DNA of 37,744 nt from Paraglomus brasilianum (taxonomy: Eukaryota). Below are positions 37,561-37,744 of the stretch, one piece after another; the first letter of the stretch is position 1; each line of letters starts with the position of its first letter. The position numbers were made by a program, and so were the translations under genes. The notes under the pieces were generated by a model. It was not told the origin of the DNA. It worked only from the letters and a program-made list of their open reading frames with translations, and ran no database searches. Location of the stretch: assembly GCA_910592345.1 (NCBI GenBank), contig CAJVPI010000270.1, positions 1 through 37,744 of the forward strand. The letters run 5' to 3'.

Positions 37561-37728
37561 GTTTCTGTCTAGTCTACCTTCTCTGATATAGTTTATTCTA
37601 TGTTATAAGATGTTGAAATGCTAAGTGATCATTAATTAAATAAATATGTACTAAGGATACAAGTATGCTGTGTCGTGCCGACTACTGCGGGAGAGCAGAA
37701 AGTAATCGACACTTGGGATTTAACTAGT
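36983..37728. repeat. 58-bp inverted repeats enclosing the hAT 3' fragment
   Basis: 36983-37040 vs 37671-37728 match at 56/58 as reverse complements. Confidence 0.9.
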
Positions 37729-37744
37729 CTCGACGGAGCGTGGC

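Overview
AT-rich, intron-containing fungal DNA. The gene families (TKL kinases with LEWIPY/WxS motifs, kinase-TPR fusion, KRBA2-like integrase, MULE-SWIM, hAT, Tc1, pogo) suggest Glomeromycotina (arbuscular mycorrhizal) or a related Mucoromycota; this placement is inferred. Genes: a partial kinase-family gene at the left edge, two paralogous 4-exon non-RD (HKD) TKL kinases, a DUF202 membrane protein, two intact Cys-rich small secreted proteins and a frameshifted third. One kinase is fused to near-identical 102-bp TPR repeats that vary at groove positions; this array is broken by a nested TE block. Much of the rest is decayed DNA transposons plus a MITE family with 8-9 bp TSDs. The most unexpected signal is a short fragment encoding the bacterial UvrB motif VEQIIRPTGLLDPEIEV next to an LRR-like fragment, a candidate insertion of endobacterial DNA. 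Family calls come from motif recognition by eye; no searches were run.
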